Of a stretch of DNA of 64,000 nt, positions 47,135 to 56,128 are shown one piece after another. The notes under the pieces were generated by a model, which did no database searches, was not told the DNA's origin, and saw nothing but the letters and a program-made list of their open reading frames with translations. Made by a program: the position numbers and the translations under genes. Origin of the DNA: a virus. Taxonomy: Duplodnaviria; Caudoviricetes. Position 1 is the first letter of the stretch. The number at the start of each line of letters is the position of its first letter. The DNA lies in IMG/VR virus record IMGVR_UViG_2703719088_000001, positions 21,011 through 85,010 of that record. One strand, written 5' to 3'.

Positions 47135-48230
47135 GAGATGCAGAAGGGCCGAATTTCTCTACCGCAAATCTCATGTGCATCAATGCCTCTATCTGCTCTT
47201 CACTCGGCTTCCAAGTGGTCTGAGGTCTGAAAGATTCAATTCTATCTGCTAAACTCAGAACATATACTTTAGAGTTGCCACCTTGAACTTTGCTGGCATA
47301 CTTTCTAAGACATTCTGCTGCTTCTTCTATGAGTCTTTCAACCCCTTCACTCCACTCCCGCTGTGGCTGCGGTTGTACTCTATCTTTGATTGATTTGATC
47401 CAATCAAAAAACCTTTTTCTATAAAGAACATCCTCCGAAAAATATAATGCCATTAATTCAAGTTCATTATACCATCTTTCATCCTCTTCGCTCCAAGCAG
47501 GTTTCTGCTCTACAAGTTCGTAAGCATCTTGAGATTCAAAAGGCAAATGAGTTCCATTACATTCAGATAATCTATATTCAGTATCAACAGCAATTATTTT
47601 ACAAGTAAATCCTCGTTTCTTATGTCTAATAATATCACCAACCTTAAACTTCGGTTCAACTTTATCATCAGGCTTCTGCTCATCCTCAATAGGTGCAGGT
47701 GCGCAAACTTCCTTAAAATACTTCTCTGGTTCTTTAACCAGAAAACCTTTTACAACACCATCTTTCTCACACATAAACCTTTCTCCTTCCTTAACAGTGA
47801 GATGGTCTGCTCTACAACAAAATGCGCGATGACATATATACCAATGTCCTGCTTTTAGTTCAAAATGTTTTTGCTTCTGCTTAGCTTGCTTTTCACCTCT
47901 TTTCTCCGCTACCCTGTTAAGCCGAGATAAATTGACAAGCAAACCATCTTGATTCCTTGTGACCTCATCACCAACTTGTATTTTGTTTCTAAAGTTAGCA
48001 TATTCACCTTGCTTTTCGAGCCAAGCAATCCATCTGTCTTTATTTCTATTAGCATAAAAGCCTTCAAGAAAAGATATGATTTCTTTCCTTATCCTCTCAT
48101 CATTTGACTCTTTGAGTTCGGGAAATACTCTTGTCATAACATTAAATGGTTGGGCCCGTTGTTCATTATTTATCTCCTTCGCCCTTTCCAATGCCTCATC
48201 ATAGGCTTTTGCTTTTTCTTCTGTTGTCAT
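47088..48230 (-). CDS. mosaic hypothetical protein
   Basis: short modules ERIRKEII..., EPKFKVGD, QKPAWSEEDE, WKPSEEQ. Confidence 0.75.
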   Translation of the reverse strand: MTTEEKAKAYDEALERAKEINNEQRAQPFNVMTRVFPELKESNDERIRKEIISFLEGFYANRNKDRWIAWLEKQGEYANFRNKIQVGDEVTRNQDGLLVNLSRLNRVAEKRGEKQAKQKQKHFELKAGHWYICHRAFCCRADHLTVKEGERFMCEKDGVVKGFLVKEPEKYFKEVCAPAPIEDEQKPDDKVEPKFKVGDIIRHKKRGFTCKIIAVDTEYRLSECNGTHLPFESQDAYELVEQKPAWSEEDERWYNELELMALYFSEDVLYRKRFFDWIKSIKDRVQPQPQREWSEGVERLIEEAAECLRKYASKVQGGNSKVYVLSLADRIESFRPQTTWKPSEEQIEALMHMRFAVEKFGPSASLAALDSLYNDLKKLM

Positions 48231-48644
48231 CTATTCTGTTTTATTGTTGTTATACATTCCTTCTTTTGCTTCAAGAGCAAGTCCTTTTGGAATTAAGCCA
48301 CGATAGTCGAAGCCATGAGCATCGAGCCAATCAATCATCTTATTTGCTGATTGTTCTGGTTGGCAGTCATATTCTGATAATTCATTAACTAAATCATTAT
48401 ATTTTTCCGCTTCTTCCTCAGTCATGCTTGACATTGGACGGAGATATGGCTTGATATTCTCATAAGGAATTGGTTCTACGATGGTATTAACTTTTACAAG
48501 ACTTTTTAATGATTCCTTTTCCGCGATAAACTCTTGTAAAACGGCTCGTGTTTTATGTCCGTAATATGACAAATCATAATATGTAACATACGGCAACCTC
48601 GCACAAAGGTCGCGAAGCAGTAAATCTTTATCCTCTTGTTTCAT
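48231..48644 (-). CDS. hypothetical protein
   Basis: LLLRDLCARLPY...KPYLRPMSSMTEEE...DYRGLIPKGLALEA. Confidence 0.75.
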   Translation of the reverse strand: MKQEDKDLLLRDLCARLPYVTYYDLSYYGHKTRAVLQEFIAEKESLKSLVKVNTIVEPIPYENIKPYLRPMSSMTEEEAEKYNDLVNELSEYDCQPEQSANKMIDWLDAHGFDYRGLIPKGLALEAKEGMYNNNKTE

Positions 48645-48655
48645 AACTATATCGT

Positions 48656-49042
48656 TTAGTCTACTATTTTTTCAATTAGCATTTCTCGCGCAGCGATGTC
48701 GCCCTTCAGCCCAAGCCAATATGCAGTACCTTCAGGGATTGTGCAGCGAGCAATCACCGTTTCACAATCATCGAATGAATATTGAAGAAAGGTCGCACGG
48801 TTTAATGCTATTTCTTTTTCCACATAGGCATGAACGCCTTGACCTTCCACTATGAAAACATTGTCCTGTAAATCGTATTCTAATTTTTCGCCAAAATTCA
48901 TAGCATATAGAACAGAGGGGATATTCACCTTCACGCTCTGAAATGGTGTGCGGTATCCGGCTCCGGTTATCTCCAGTACCTTGTAACAGGTGATATCTTC
49001 TGTTGCCAACAGAGGGGTTCTTTTTTTAGAAAATAGGCACAT
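48656..49042 (-). CDS. hypothetical protein, paralog A
   Basis: DITCYKVL...YRTPFQ...GVHAY...C.IPEGTAYWLG...IAAR. Confidence 0.75.
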   Translation of the reverse strand: MCLFSKKRTPLLATEDITCYKVLEITGAGYRTPFQSVKVNIPSVLYAMNFGEKLEYDLQDNVFIVEGQGVHAYVEKEIALNRATFLQYSFDDCETVIARCTIPEGTAYWLGLKGDIAAREMLIEKIVD

Positions 49043-49053
49043 AATAGTCTTAG

Positions 49054-49446
49054 TTAGATAATTTTTTCGAGATAGAGCACTCGTGCAGCAATCTCGTCAT
49101 TTTCCCCCAGCCAGTACTCAGTCCCTGCGGGGATGCGGCATTGGACGATAACCGATGGGTCTAAATAACAAACATCTATCGTGTACATTATTGCTTTTTC
49201 CATTTTGGTGTAAGCATGGACACCCTCGCCTTTGACCATCCAGCGCGTGACGCTAGTAAAAAGCCCGATTTCACACTCTTGCAGTCTTTCTTTTGATGCC
49301 GAACAAATGTGACCGTGGATTAGCACCTTCTTCTCCTGGTATGGCGTGTAATAGTGTCCATCCTCCCGACTACGACGCAGTACCTTGTAGCAGATGATGT
49401 CACCCTTGGCCACTTCCGGTTCGCGGTTTAAAGTTAGTAGGCACAT
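49054..49446 (-). CDS. hypothetical protein, paralog B
   Basis: DIICYKVL...YYTPYQ...GVHAY...C.IPAGTEYWLG...IAAR. Confidence 0.75.
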   Translation of the reverse strand: MCLLTLNREPEVAKGDIICYKVLRRSREDGHYYTPYQEKKVLIHGHICSASKERLQECEIGLFTSVTRWMVKGEGVHAYTKMEKAIMYTIDVCYLDPSVIVQCRIPAGTEYWLGENDEIAARVLYLEKII

Positions 49447-49473
49447 GTGATTTCGTATAACTTTCTGATCATC

Positions 49474-49716
49474 TCATTCTCCGAATGTGTGTTTAATATC
49501 TTCTTCAGTGGGTAATTTTACACGGATGTATTCTGAATATCCTCCACCCATTACCTCGCTCGCTGACGTTACCCTGTCTTTTGGTTCTGCCTCGCGGTAT
49601 ATACTAATAGCCTCATCGATGTTATTAGCTGCAATTAAATCTCCGTTTACTTTGAAAACGTGGTACATTACGTAGCTATGATTTTTTTCCATACCTCTGT
49701 TCATAATCTTTATCAA
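49474..49716 (-). CDS. hypothetical protein
   Basis: ORF. Confidence 0.6.
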   Translation of the reverse strand: MIKIMNRGMEKNHSYVMYHVFKVNGDLIAANNIDEAISIYREAEPKDRVTSASEVMGGGYSEYIRVKLPTEEDIKHTFGE

Positions 49717-50065
49717 CCACCTTCATGAATTCAAGGTAATCGAATAACGGGTTATACTTCTTTATTTCATCAATTAGTCTTCTTTTTTCAAAGTTGTATA
49801 GGTCGGCTCCTTCGACCATATTAAAATACAGACCTTTGTATATCTCTGCATTTCGTTGATGTGTCTTCGACATACTCAATGCGGAATCGCGTTCTTCTAT
49901 CGCAGAATCAAGTCTTTTCACCGCATCATTATATGTCATATCTTTACCTTTTGACTTCAGTTCATTGTCGAGTTTTTCCCTCATGTTGTTGCGATCTTTC
50001 TCCAATTTGTCTGCGGTGCGAATGGCAGTACGCATGTTGTAGTAGAATTTCTCACAAAGGTTCAA
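49676..50065 (-). CDS. hypothetical coiled-coil protein
   Basis: 129 aa ORF. Confidence 0.6.
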   Translation of the reverse strand: MNLCEKFYYNMRTAIRTADKLEKDRNNMREKLDNELKSKGKDMTYNDAVKRLDSAIEERDSALSMSKTHQRNAEIYKGLYFNMVEGADLYNFEKRRLIDEIKKYNPLFDYLEFMKVVDKDYEQRYGKKS

Positions 50066-50249
50066 CTCCTCATCAGTATACTTGTTTTTTCACTTTCCCA
50101 GTCAAACACATAAAGATTCTCAATGATATACCGAGGCTGTGCAATGAAGCCATACAGTTTCTTTTGTATCGCCTTTTCGGTTAGTTTAGTCATAACAATG
50201 TTTGCTTGTTTCTAATGATTTTCTAAATGCGTCTTCCTCGTACTATGTT

Positions 50250-50609
50250 TTAATTTCCGGAATTCTTCTCGATTAGATGATTCATATGAATACTATTAAT
50301 CTTCTCTCCGTAGTCCTTTTTCACCCACCTAAACTTTGATGCACATTCAAAGACAATATCCTTTACGATAGGATATCTAACCATTGCGATGATTAGTTCG
50401 ACCTCTAAAGACTCCTTTTCCCCGGAGATGACAAATCGGCCATCATCGGTAACGAACAGACATGTCGCATCCTTATCTTGAAGCGTATCAAGCAATGCTT
50501 GAACCTTGTCAAAGGTCTCTTTTACAATCTCTTTCTCGTTATCCATATCAATTTCTTTAATGTCGTTCCCCATATGTTCTGATACGCCCAATCCGGCAGA
50601 GATCATCAA
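50250..50609 (-). CDS. hypothetical protein
   Basis: ORF; true start probably downstream of 50609. Confidence 0.6.
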   Translation of the reverse strand: MMISAGLGVSEHMGNDIKEIDMDNEKEIVKETFDKVQALLDTLQDKDATCLFVTDDGRFVISGEKESLEVELIIAMVRYPIVKDIVFECASKFRWVKKDYGEKINSIHMNHLIEKNSGN

Positions 50610-51018
50610 TCATCCACTCATATCCACAGAATCCCTGTGACCTCTTCATCGCAGCCTTGGCCTCCGTTGGGGTAACGAATTTGACATTCACGTTGGCAAA
50701 CCACCCATCTCCGAAGTCATAACCATAGTTGCCCTCTTCAAGTTTTGGAAACACAGCCTTGCCTCTCATGAATGCAGTACGTTCTTTGCAAAATAGTTTT
50801 CCGTCTCCGCTCCAATGACCGTTCCACGTGTTAACCCCTGGCATCGTAAGCGTGAACAAGGCTTTGGTCTTGCCATTATTACCGCCCTTCTTCTCAATGG
50901 AGTCTATATATGATACTACTGACTGCGGCGCATCTACCGCGTCGTATGTGTCCGGGTTATTGTTTATCGCCTCAATAGAAGCCTTGCAGAACATTCTTAT
51001 CCTTGCTTTGTCATTCAT
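50557..51018 (-). CDS. hypothetical protein
   Basis: FTLTMPGVNTWNGHWSG...FCGYEWMID. Confidence 0.75.
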   Translation of the reverse strand: MNDKARIRMFCKASIEAINNNPDTYDAVDAPQSVVSYIDSIEKKGGNNGKTKALFTLTMPGVNTWNGHWSGDGKLFCKERTAFMRGKAVFPKLEEGNYGYDFGDGWFANVNVKFVTPTEAKAAMKRSQGFCGYEWMIDDLCRIGRIRTYGERH

Positions 51019-51427
51019 CTTTGTCTTTCTTTTTATTGAATATACTCATCATTTCCTTCATAGCATCGTCCGGATCGATATTGGAAAATGCATCCTCGAA
51101 TGCTTTGACAAGATTGTCGGCTGCTTCTTTACTCACTCCATCGATAGCCATCTTGAAAGCCTTACTTACCATCTCATGTAACGCACAATTCTCAAAAAGA
51201 CACTTGAACACCATGGCGAACGTGTTTATGCTCTGTCCTGGCGTTTCATCATCTGATATGAGAAAAATACAATCGCCTTTCGCCCCTTTGATATGATGAA
51301 TTAAGGCCACATTGTGATTGTATATCGGTTCTGCATTGACAGAATCCATATATGTAAAGCCAGATGTCAACGCATTCAGTCCAACATTGTACACCACTGT
51401 GTACCTTTCTATTAGATTCTTGTCCAT
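51011..51427 (-). CDS. hypothetical protein
   Basis: 138 aa ORF. Confidence 0.65.
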   Translation of the reverse strand: MDKNLIERYTVVYNVGLNALTSGFTYMDSVNAEPIYNHNVALIHHIKGAKGDCIFLISDDETPGQSINTFAMVFKCLFENCALHEMVSKAFKMAIDGVSKEAADNLVKAFEDAFSNIDPDDAMKEMMSIFNKKKDKDE

Positions 51428-51816
51428 TTTCTCCGTTTTTTGAAATGATCATCATGTTCATCACCAAACCAATATTTGATGTTGTCGATAAGGCTATCGC
51501 GAGAGAAAATCATCCATGTCTTATATATAAACACCACCTTTGATCTGAGGCAGAACAACCCGTATGGATTGGTGTCACTTGAATCGACTATGATTTCCCA
51601 TTTGCCGTCTGAATAGTTTCTCTCTACAGCCCTGCCAAGTCTTGACAAGACCTCTATGCTCCCACAATGAAACCAAACACAGAAGCTTTTATGTTGATGG
51701 CCGCAGCACGATTCCACGGTATATGTCTCTGGCAGCATATTCAGCAGTTCGCACAGACAGATACAATCTATATCCATGTCATCCGGTAAGACAACATTAT
51801 TTCTTCGTAGCTTCAT
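51412..51816 (-). CDS. hypothetical protein
   Basis: LLNMLPETYTVESCCGH motif. Confidence 0.65.
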   Translation of the reverse strand: MKLRRNNVVLPDDMDIDCICLCELLNMLPETYTVESCCGHQHKSFCVWFHCGSIEVLSRLGRAVERNYSDGKWEIIVDSSDTNPYGLFCLRSKVVFIYKTWMIFSRDSLIDNIKYWFGDEHDDHFKKRRKWTRI

Positions 51817-52582
51817 TTTTCGTTATGTTTTTGGTCAGGCAGAAACTCATGGCAACCATTCGTGACACCTTGCCAGACTTTATGTATTGTTCAATGTCCA
51901 TACTATGAACATTGTCCTCGAAGTATGGAAGTATAGCGTACAGGTATTCCTTATGTTCCGCTTTTAGATATTCGTATTGTGCCAACGCCTGTGGCAGGCT
52001 GAATCGGCCAGCCTTGTCGGATTCGTCCACACAAATGACACTATTGAAATCAGAGTTGAGAAGATATCTGCTCTTCATGCATTTCTTATCTGTACAGATA
52101 ATCATGAACACATTGTCAAGCATCCTGTTTTCCAGCGTTAGGAACACGTCTTCTACGGTAACCCTTTCTCCTTTCTTTCTCAGCAATGCCAAGGTATCTT
52201 TGGCTGATTCTCCTGTCATGAAAAACGTTGCATCAGACAGAGACTCAACAAAATCAATACCTTTGTTTTTCCCCGCACTGCGATAGAACCATGACGCTTT
52301 TTTATCATCCCACTTGGCAATCACCCAAAACCGATTCTTGTGATGATCCAGAAACCACTTGTCTGATGTATAAGACGTCGCAAAAGGGGATGAAGGGTAG
52401 TCCTTCTTAACCCTATGAAGAGCATCTATGACGGAATCCCATTTATCGAACTTACATGCCCCATAATGGTCGTGCGTGTATTCTATACGCTCCTTTCGAA
52501 AAAAACCAGCCTTGCGGTAGTTCTTGACGAAAAGGTACGCAGACGGGCTTTTCTTCTCATTGAAATAAATAATCCAACTCAT
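51797..52582 (-). CDS. hypothetical protein
   Basis: 261 aa ORF. Confidence 0.7.
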   Translation of the reverse strand: MSWIIYFNEKKSPSAYLFVKNYRKAGFFRKERIEYTHDHYGACKFDKWDSVIDALHRVKKDYPSSPFATSYTSDKWFLDHHKNRFWVIAKWDDKKASWFYRSAGKNKGIDFVESLSDATFFMTGESAKDTLALLRKKGERVTVEDVFLTLENRMLDNVFMIICTDKKCMKSRYLLNSDFNSVICVDESDKAGRFSLPQALAQYEYLKAEHKEYLYAILPYFEDNVHSMDIEQYIKSGKVSRMVAMSFCLTKNITKNEATKK

Positions 52583-52583
52583 A

Positions 52584-52901
52584 TTACATCAATCTAAAAT
52601 GAAAACCCTCTCTTGCCTTGCCTGATCTGACGGCGTTCCATATGGACTTATACGGCACTCCGTAGAACTCGCTGCAGTCACGTATAGAGTCGAATACCAT
52701 CCCTGTCTCGACACACTGGACTGGCCGCTGCCACTGGTTTACTTTGTCCTGCATAGTAGCAGAGGATAAACCCCTCATATCCATGACGACAATTTCCGTT
52801 CCCTTACGGAATCTCCTGTTCAACCCATCAAGGTTGTCGTGGTATTCAATGTAAACGCATTTGCCGCCCACAAATGCAGTTACAAGGTAATTCTCATCCA
52901 T
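52584..52901 (-). CDS. NUMOD1-like DNA-binding domain protein
   Basis: PVQCVETGMVFDSIRDCSEFYGV. Confidence 0.6.
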   Translation of the reverse strand: MDENYLVTAFVGGKCVYIEYHDNLDGLNRRFRKGTEIVVMDMRGLSSATMQDKVNQWQRPVQCVETGMVFDSIRDCSEFYGVPYKSIWNAVRSGKAREGFHFRLM

Positions 52902-53100
52902 TCCGCAAAATATAATAAGTGATTATTACCATAATGATTATTGCTATAATAAAGGCCACAAGTCTGCCTCCAAAACCCATTAATTGAAACGCAAATATTG
53001 TCATCGCCACAACGGAAAGCGTACCAAGGACAATGGCAATCGCAATCAAAATTGTAAATAGTTTTTCTTTCATATCAACCGGCATTAATAACATAGTCAC
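52894..53100 (-). CDS. small two-TM membrane protein
   Basis: two strongly hydrophobic helices. Confidence 0.6.
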   Translation of the reverse strand: MTMLLMPVDMKEKLFTILIAIAIVLGTLSVVAMTIFAFQLMGFGGRLVAFIIAIIIMVIITYYILRNG

Positions 53101-53260
53101 CTTCTTTCACTCCATCTTCTCCAAAGCAATCGACATACATACTCCCAGCCCGTTCATCAGGTATCGGAGGACGCATAGAGCAGGGAAAGTCATAGGCGAT
53201 CCAAATGCCTCTGTCCTGATCGAGTTTTTTCAACTCTTCGATATATTCTCTTACTGTCAT
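53075..53260 (-). CDS. hypothetical protein
   Basis: MTVREYIEELKKLDQD. Confidence 0.65.
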   Translation of the reverse strand: MTVREYIEELKKLDQDRGIWIAYDFPCSMRPPIPDERAGSMYVDCFGEDGVKEGDYVINAG

Positions 53261-53475
53261 TTTCTAAAATAATGATGGTTTTTTTGAATTACATCATCCT
53301 TATTCCATTTTCTCAGAAATAATTTTGAATATCAGGAACTATGCCTTTCTTTAACTTCCTCTCTATCTCCCTGCGTTTCAACCTTGTCAAGTGAGGCCAC
53401 AAGTCTGATATCAGAACCTCATCTCCGTTTCCGTCTGTCTTGAATGGACGTTGGAGATATTCTTCAAGTGTCATT

Positions 53476-53519
53476 ATTTTTCTTTTCATAGTTTCTTATT
53501 TTTCTTTTCATAGTTTCTT
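53476..53519. repeat. 22-bp tandem duplication containing a start codon
   Basis: ATTTTTCTTTTCATAGTTTCTT x2. Confidence 0.85.
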
Positions 53520-53644
53520 TATGAAACCAAAGCAGCAGGGCAGCGGGAATACGGAACGACCAAGGAGACCACATTATCCGCAATGGCATAGGATAGTGGG
53601 ACGCTCCGACTAACTGCTGTCCTGGCTTGCTGCTATGGTTATGT

Positions 53645-54048
53645 ATGTGCGCATAGAACTACCACAATAGCTTTCGCTACCAAACATTTCTTTGAACGCA
53701 ACGGATTGCAACTCTCAATTCATCACATTTGTTTGTGGTCTGGACTCTTCTTAACCATGTTGAAATCTGCGCAGAATGGGCGTTCTTTTCTTTTTGAACT
53801 ATCCGTTTTCATAACGAGGGAACGCTGTTTCCCAATTTCAACGTTAGTTCCTCCTGTATGGTTTCCGCCTGTATAACTCATCAGTCTCACAACGTCAAGC
53901 TGGGGATCAATCCAGCTCCGGGCTTAATGGTTACAAGGCTCGGTATTGACATATTAAACCAGTATTATGCTGGGCAGTAGTTCTCGTGCAAACTATTGTC
54001 CTTCTGTGTTTAACTTAGCCCTTACCGAATGGGGGAGGATGCGCACAT
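53645..54048 (-). ncRNA. putative large structured ncRNA (about 405 nt, possibly extending to about 53525)
   Basis: closing 10-bp helix, several long-range helices and hairpins, no credible ORF; strand inferred from the operon and a GAAA tetraloop. Confidence 0.6.
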
Positions 54049-54053
54049 TAATT

Positions 54054-54305
54054 CTAACATGCTTCAAGTTTCATGTTATTATCAACCTTCCTCAACTCTT
54101 CGGCCTTCTTCAGATACCATGCCTCTTTAGCCAAATCTTGCTCAATAGGATTGCCTTCTTTCAATCCCATGCGCATTCTGTACTTGAGGGCTGTCATTTC
54201 ACACCACAGAGCGGTTTTTTCGTCACCGTATATTCTTCTGATCATTTCGATGACCTCTATGGAGTACAATTTGTAATGTTCTGGATGATTAACTTGTTCT
54301 GACAT
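54054..54305 (-). CDS. DUF3310 domain protein
   Basis: VNHPEHY...IEVIE...KY..R.G.K...QDLAKEAWYL. Confidence 0.8.
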   Translation of the reverse strand: MSEQVNHPEHYKLYSIEVIEMIRRIYGDEKTALWCEMTALKYRMRMGLKEGNPIEQDLAKEAWYLKKAEELRKVDNNMKLEAC

Positions 54306-54330
54306 ATAATTTATTGATTGATGTTTTTTG

Positions 54331-54402
54331 TCGCGAGGGGTGGATTCGAACCACCATCTACGGCCTGCATTACCGCCGATCTACCCTTTAATCCACCTCA
54401 CT
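54331..54402 (-). tRNA. degenerate tRNA-like gene, anticodon TGC (Ala)
   Basis: full cloverleaf, T-arm GGTGG-TTCGAAT-CCACC, D-loop with GG; non-canonical A1.G72, U3.G70 and A33; no encoded CCA. Confidence 0.65.
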
Positions 54403-54466
54403 CCCAAACAGAGTCACGCGCTTCCAACGCTGCTGCGGTTTCCAGCCGTTGATTACTCTGCATGTT

Positions 54467-54991
54467 TTATTCCCTAAACAAATCCTGCTCAATACCTATC
54501 CTGCGAGCCTCATGTAGCGGGACGTAGAATCCGTCTATCCCTGAGTTGAGAAGAGCCTCGGCATTACCTTCTCCAATGGATAGCATCACGCTTCCGCATC
54601 CTGGGCTTCCTCCCTGCTTCCCATATGGTGTGTAGAACCTTATCCTATGCCGCAGGAACAGTATCGCCGTTGACGCAGGAAGAAGTATATCCTGGAACAT
54701 ACGATTGTCCACACGGGCAAAAAGAAGCAGTATGCCGTTATTGTTGTTTACCCATTTCTGGCAAAAATGGGTAAGCAGAGGCTGAGAATACGGAGGGTTG
54801 CACCAGACTCTCACCCCCCCCCAGTTTTGTAAAAGCCCGTTAGTCAGCATGTTATACTCCTTATCGGCAAGATGCCACAGTGGTTTAACCGGAGCACAAG
54901 GGTCAAGATCGAAGTGTCCAAGTTTGTCAACCACCTCTTTTGGCGTGTACCATTCATCGCTTGCCACAGTCTTTTGGAATGATGTGTTCAT
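54467..54991 (-). CDS. phage DNA N6-adenine methyltransferase (Dam-like)
   Basis: SDEWYTP, FDLDPCA, VWCNPPYS. Confidence 0.85.
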   Translation of the reverse strand: MNTSFQKTVASDEWYTPKEVVDKLGHFDLDPCAPVKPLWHLADKEYNMLTNGLLQNWGGVRVWCNPPYSQPLLTHFCQKWVNNNNGILLLFARVDNRMFQDILLPASTAILFLRHRIRFYTPYGKQGGSPGCGSVMLSIGEGNAEALLNSGIDGFYVPLHEARRIGIEQDLFRE

Positions 54992-54992
54992 A

Positions 54993-55811
54993 CTAAAATA
55001 ATCTCAATTGCGCCTGTACTGCTTCTATCCGCTCGCAAGCCTTATCATAATACTCTTTGTTTATCTCAAAGCCAATAAAATGACGATGCTCCTTTATAGC
55101 AGCGATGGCAGTTGTGCCGCTGCCCATGCAGTTGTCGAGGATGGTGTCGCCCTCGTTGGTGTAGGTCAGCACAAGGTAGCGGATAAGGTCAACGGGCTTC
55201 TGGATGGGGTGGAACTGACCTTCATTACAATGTATCGCAGGGATTGAGATAATTGATTTCGGGAATTTCTTGTCGAAAATCTTCTTATCGAATGTCCGCT
55301 TTACCTTTCCATAGCACCTATTTTTGTCGAAATGCGTCCCGTTTCCTTGCGTATGATTTGGCTCTCTGCCATTCAAGTCTTCCATCTGAGGATTGTATGT
55401 CGGTAGCGAGTTGTAGAACACGCACAAGTCTTCGTGATAGCGTAACGGCATTCGGTTCGCATTGAGGAATCCCGTTGCACGGCATTTGTCCCAAATCAGA
55501 TTGTATCGCCACAACTTCGGTTGCGACATCATCAACTTTGCCGTGAACATTCCCTGAGCGAACAACACGATTGCTGCAGTAGGCTTGCATACTCTGCGAT
55601 ATTCAGCCCACAACGGCTCAAACGGGATTATCGTGTCCCATGAGCCGCCCTCGCTTTCGCCATTCAGCACCCCATACGGCAAGTCGCAGATGATGCAATC
55701 CACACTCCCGTCGGGGATGCGCTTCATTCCGGCCAGGCAGTCCTCGTTGTGTCTGCATTTTCCTTTGTCAGTGCCATCGCTATTCCTCCACTTCGCCATC
55801 CTTGTCATCAC
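54993..55811 (-). CDS. N4/N6 DNA methyltransferase (beta class)
   Basis: DCIICDLPYG, HPIQKPVDLI, ILDNCMGSGTT, FIGFEI; start uncertain. Confidence 0.9.
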   Translation of the reverse strand: MMTRMAKWRNSDGTDKGKCRHNEDCLAGMKRIPDGSVDCIICDLPYGVLNGESEGGSWDTIIPFEPLWAEYRRVCKPTAAIVLFAQGMFTAKLMMSQPKLWRYNLIWDKCRATGFLNANRMPLRYHEDLCVFYNSLPTYNPQMEDLNGREPNHTQGNGTHFDKNRCYGKVKRTFDKKIFDKKFPKSIISIPAIHCNEGQFHPIQKPVDLIRYLVLTYTNEGDTILDNCMGSGTTAIAAIKEHRHFIGFEINKEYYDKACERIEAVQAQLRLF

Positions 55812-55986
55812 GAGGATCGATAGACTCCATTATCCGGTCGCGGACATTCTCAAGCCGTACCATCGCGCGGACATAATCGGTGTCATTGAACACATACCCG
55901 TTCTGGAAGTGGTTCAGGTCTCTGGTGATTGAGGATGCAACATCCTTCGCCTCTTGCTTTGTTAGTTTAATCAATATTCTGTCCAT
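55780..55986 (-). CDS. hypothetical protein
   Basis: 68 aa ORF. Confidence 0.6.
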   Translation of the reverse strand: MDRILIKLTKQEAKDVASSITRDLNHFQNGYVFNDTDYVRAMVRLENVRDRIMESIDPRDDKDGEVEE

Positions 55987-56128
55987 CGTTTCTAATAATA
56001 TCTCTCATGACAACCCACATCATTGCCAGTATAATTAATAGTGCTATCCTCATGCAGATGTCTTTTTCCCGGTTCGGACGGGGCACAGAAAATGGCAGAA
56101 TCAGCCCCGTCCTTACCGGATTTTTCCT

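Noticed and set aside
53855-53890. Hammerhead-like CTGATGA...GAAAC on the minus strand
   Set aside because: An extra G separates the stem II closing C from GAAA, stem II is weak, and stems I and III around a cleavage triplet could not be formed.
53645-54048. RNase P RNA, tmRNA or group I/II intron identity for the large structured region
   Set aside because: There is no GAAAGUCC/P4 signature, no terminal T-arm with CCA or tag ORF, no domain V, and the region does not interrupt a gene.
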